A stretch of 64,000 nucleotides of DNA from Okamejei kenojei (taxonomy: Eukaryota), in assembly GCA_035221665.1 (NCBI GenBank), contig CM069142.1:48856001-48920000 (forward strand), given 5' to 3'. The first letter of the stretch is position 1, and every line of letters begins with the position of its first letter. Below, piece after piece: positions 61,995 to 64,000 of this stretch. Both the position numbers and the translations under genes were made by a program. A model generated the notes under the pieces. The model was not told the DNA's origin. It saw only the letters and a list, made by a program, of their open reading frames with translations, and made no database searches.

Positions 61995-63720
61995 GAAGAA
62001 AGGAAAAAGGAAGAGGAGGAGCCCGAGTGCTGAGGGAGATCTGAGAAGGGGAGGAGTCAGCAAGGGCTACCGGAAATTGGTAAATTAAATGTTTATGCAG
62101 CTAGGGTGCAGACTGCCCAAGCAGAATATGAGGTGCTGCTCCTCCAATTTCCGGTGGTGCTCACTCTGGTCATGGAGGAGGCCCAGGACAGAGAGTTCGG
62201 ATTCGGAATGGGAGGCGGAGTTGAAGTGATGAGCCACCGGGTGATCAGGTGTGTTAATGCAGACTGAGCGGAGGTATTCGGCGAAACAATCGCCAAGCCT
62301 ACGCTGACATCTAGAGCAGCGGATGCAATAGTTGAGGTTGAAGGAGATGCAGGCAAACCTCTGTCACACCTGGAATGACTGCTTGGTCCTTGAATGGAGT
62401 CGAGGGCGGGAGATAAAGCGACAGGTGTAACACCTTTTGCGGTTGCAAGGGAAAGTCCTATCGTTTCTAGACCTCACTATCTCCATTGAAGGGGACAGAC
62501 TACTGACCGACATCTACTATAAACCCAATGACTCCCATGGCTACCTGGACTACATTCTTCCCAGCCTGCTTCCTGTAAGGACTCCATCCCCTACTACCAA
62601 TTCCTCTGTCTACGCCGCATCTGCACCCAGGATGATGTGTTCCAAACCAGGGTATCGGAGATGTCCTCATTCTTTTGGGAACGGGGGTTCCCCTCTTCTA
62701 CTATACACCAGGCTCTCACCAGGATCTCTTCTATGCCTCGTAAATCTGCTCTCACACCCCATCCCCCCACTCGTAATGGGCCTGTCCCACTGTACGAGCT
62801 AATTGAAGAGTCCTCCCGGGTTTCCCCTGATTCGAACTTGGAGAATTATGGTAATGGCCGCTTGTAGATACTCATGGCTCTCGTGGACATTTTTCAATCT
62901 TCACAAGATTTTCAAAATCTTCACATGATTTCCCGAGCTTACCGTGTTTCCCGAGTACCTGCCGTTAGTGTTAAGAGCCACTAAGAGATGTCCCGAGCTC
63001 CGATGTACTCGCTACGTACATTCTACGTGTTACCATGAGTTTGATTTTTTTTTAAACTCGAGAGAACTCTTGGGTGAACTCGTACAGTGGAACAGGCCCA
63101 TAACAAGGGCAGAGTCCCCCTTGTCCTCATCTTCCACCTTACCATCCACGACATGCAACAAATAATCCTCCGACATTTTCGCCCCCTGCACCTCCTCCAA
63201 CCTCATCTATTGCATCCGCTGCTCTAGGTGTCAGCTAGCTGCTCTACATCGGTGAGACCAAGTGTAAGCTTGGTGATTGCTTTGCTCAACACCTCCACTC
63301 GGTTTGCAATAACCAACCTGATCTCCCGGTGGCTCTGCACTTCAGCTCCCCCTCCCATTCTGAATCCACCCTTTCAGTCCTGGGCCTCCTCCATGGCCAG
63401 AGTGAGGCCCACCGTAAATCGGAGGAGCAGCACCTCATATTTCACATGGGTAGTTTACACCCCAGTGGTATGAACATTGCCTTCTCCAATTTCAGGTAGT
63501 CCCTGCTTTCTCCTTTTCCCCTCCCCTTCCCAGCTCTCCCACAGACCACTGTCACCGCCTCTTCCTTTCTTCTTCCCGCTCCCCCCCCACCCCCATATCA
63601 ATCTGAAGATGGGTCTCGACCCCGAAACATCACCTATTTCCTTCGCTCCATAGATGCTGCCTCACCCGCTGAGTTTTTAGTCTACCTTTGATTTTCCGGC
63701 ATCTGCAGTTTCTTCTTAAA
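60468..63720. mobile_element. Rearranged Penelope cluster: minus 60468-61443, plus RT 61444-61924, G-tract, minus 61994-62455, plus 62456-63720
   Basis: TMDVQALYTSIPH, GIAMGTRMG, YLRYIDDCIG, DIYYKP and three GIY-YIG segments in alternating orientation. Confidence 0.88.
62777..63100. mobile_element. PIF/Harbinger-type MITE inserted in Penelope
   Basis: TIRs TGGGCCTGTCCCACTGTACGAG / CTCGTACAGTGGAACAGGCCCA; TAA TSD at 62774-62776 and 63101-63103. Confidence 0.88.
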
Positions 63721-64000
63721 CACTATGGGTAGGTGACACATTGGTGTTATCAGGCAACTGAGCCATCCTACCAACAACTAGAGAGCAATCCTGAACTACC
63801 ATCTACCCTCTTGGAGACCCTTGGACTATCTTTAATTGGACTTTACTGGACATTACCTTGCACTAAATGTTATTCACGTTCTTCCCTTTACAATGTATCT
63901 GTACATTGTGGATGGCTCACTTGTAATCATGTATTATCTTTCCGCTGACTGGTTAGCACACAACCCTAACCCTCAGTGCACATGACAATAAACTAAACTA

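Overview
Vertebrate genomic DNA, most likely a cartilaginous fish (skate/ray), inferred from its repeats: tRNA-derived HE1-type SINEs with (CTAAA)n tails, CR1/HER1 LINEs with (TTCTATGT)n tails, and abundant Penelope remnants. The window holds the 5' half of an adhesion GPCR gene on the minus strand (ADGRG2/GPR64-like; ADGRG4 not excluded). It has a CpG-rich candidate promoter near 59.7-60.0 kb, a signal-peptide exon (53420-53528), a 651-nt pentraxin/LamG exon (49788-50438) and a 36-nt exon ending in a furin-like RFKR site. At least 10 short (33-54 nt) symmetric phase-1 exons follow, encoding an S/T-rich, N-glycosylated stalk; GAIN/7TM exons are not in the window. The first ~21 kb is a mosaic of intragenic tandem duplications that multiplied these micro-exons. 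It also contains a structurally complete ~5 kb DIRS retrotransposon (ITRs, ICR, matching empty site in a sister duplicate) and three copies of a deleted DIRS whose RT region is replaced by the first ~86 nt of U2 snRNA. Penelope-derived short repeats carry minimal hammerhead-ribozyme motifs. Most ORFs in the supplied track are repeat fragments or noise. All calls were made by eye, without database searches.
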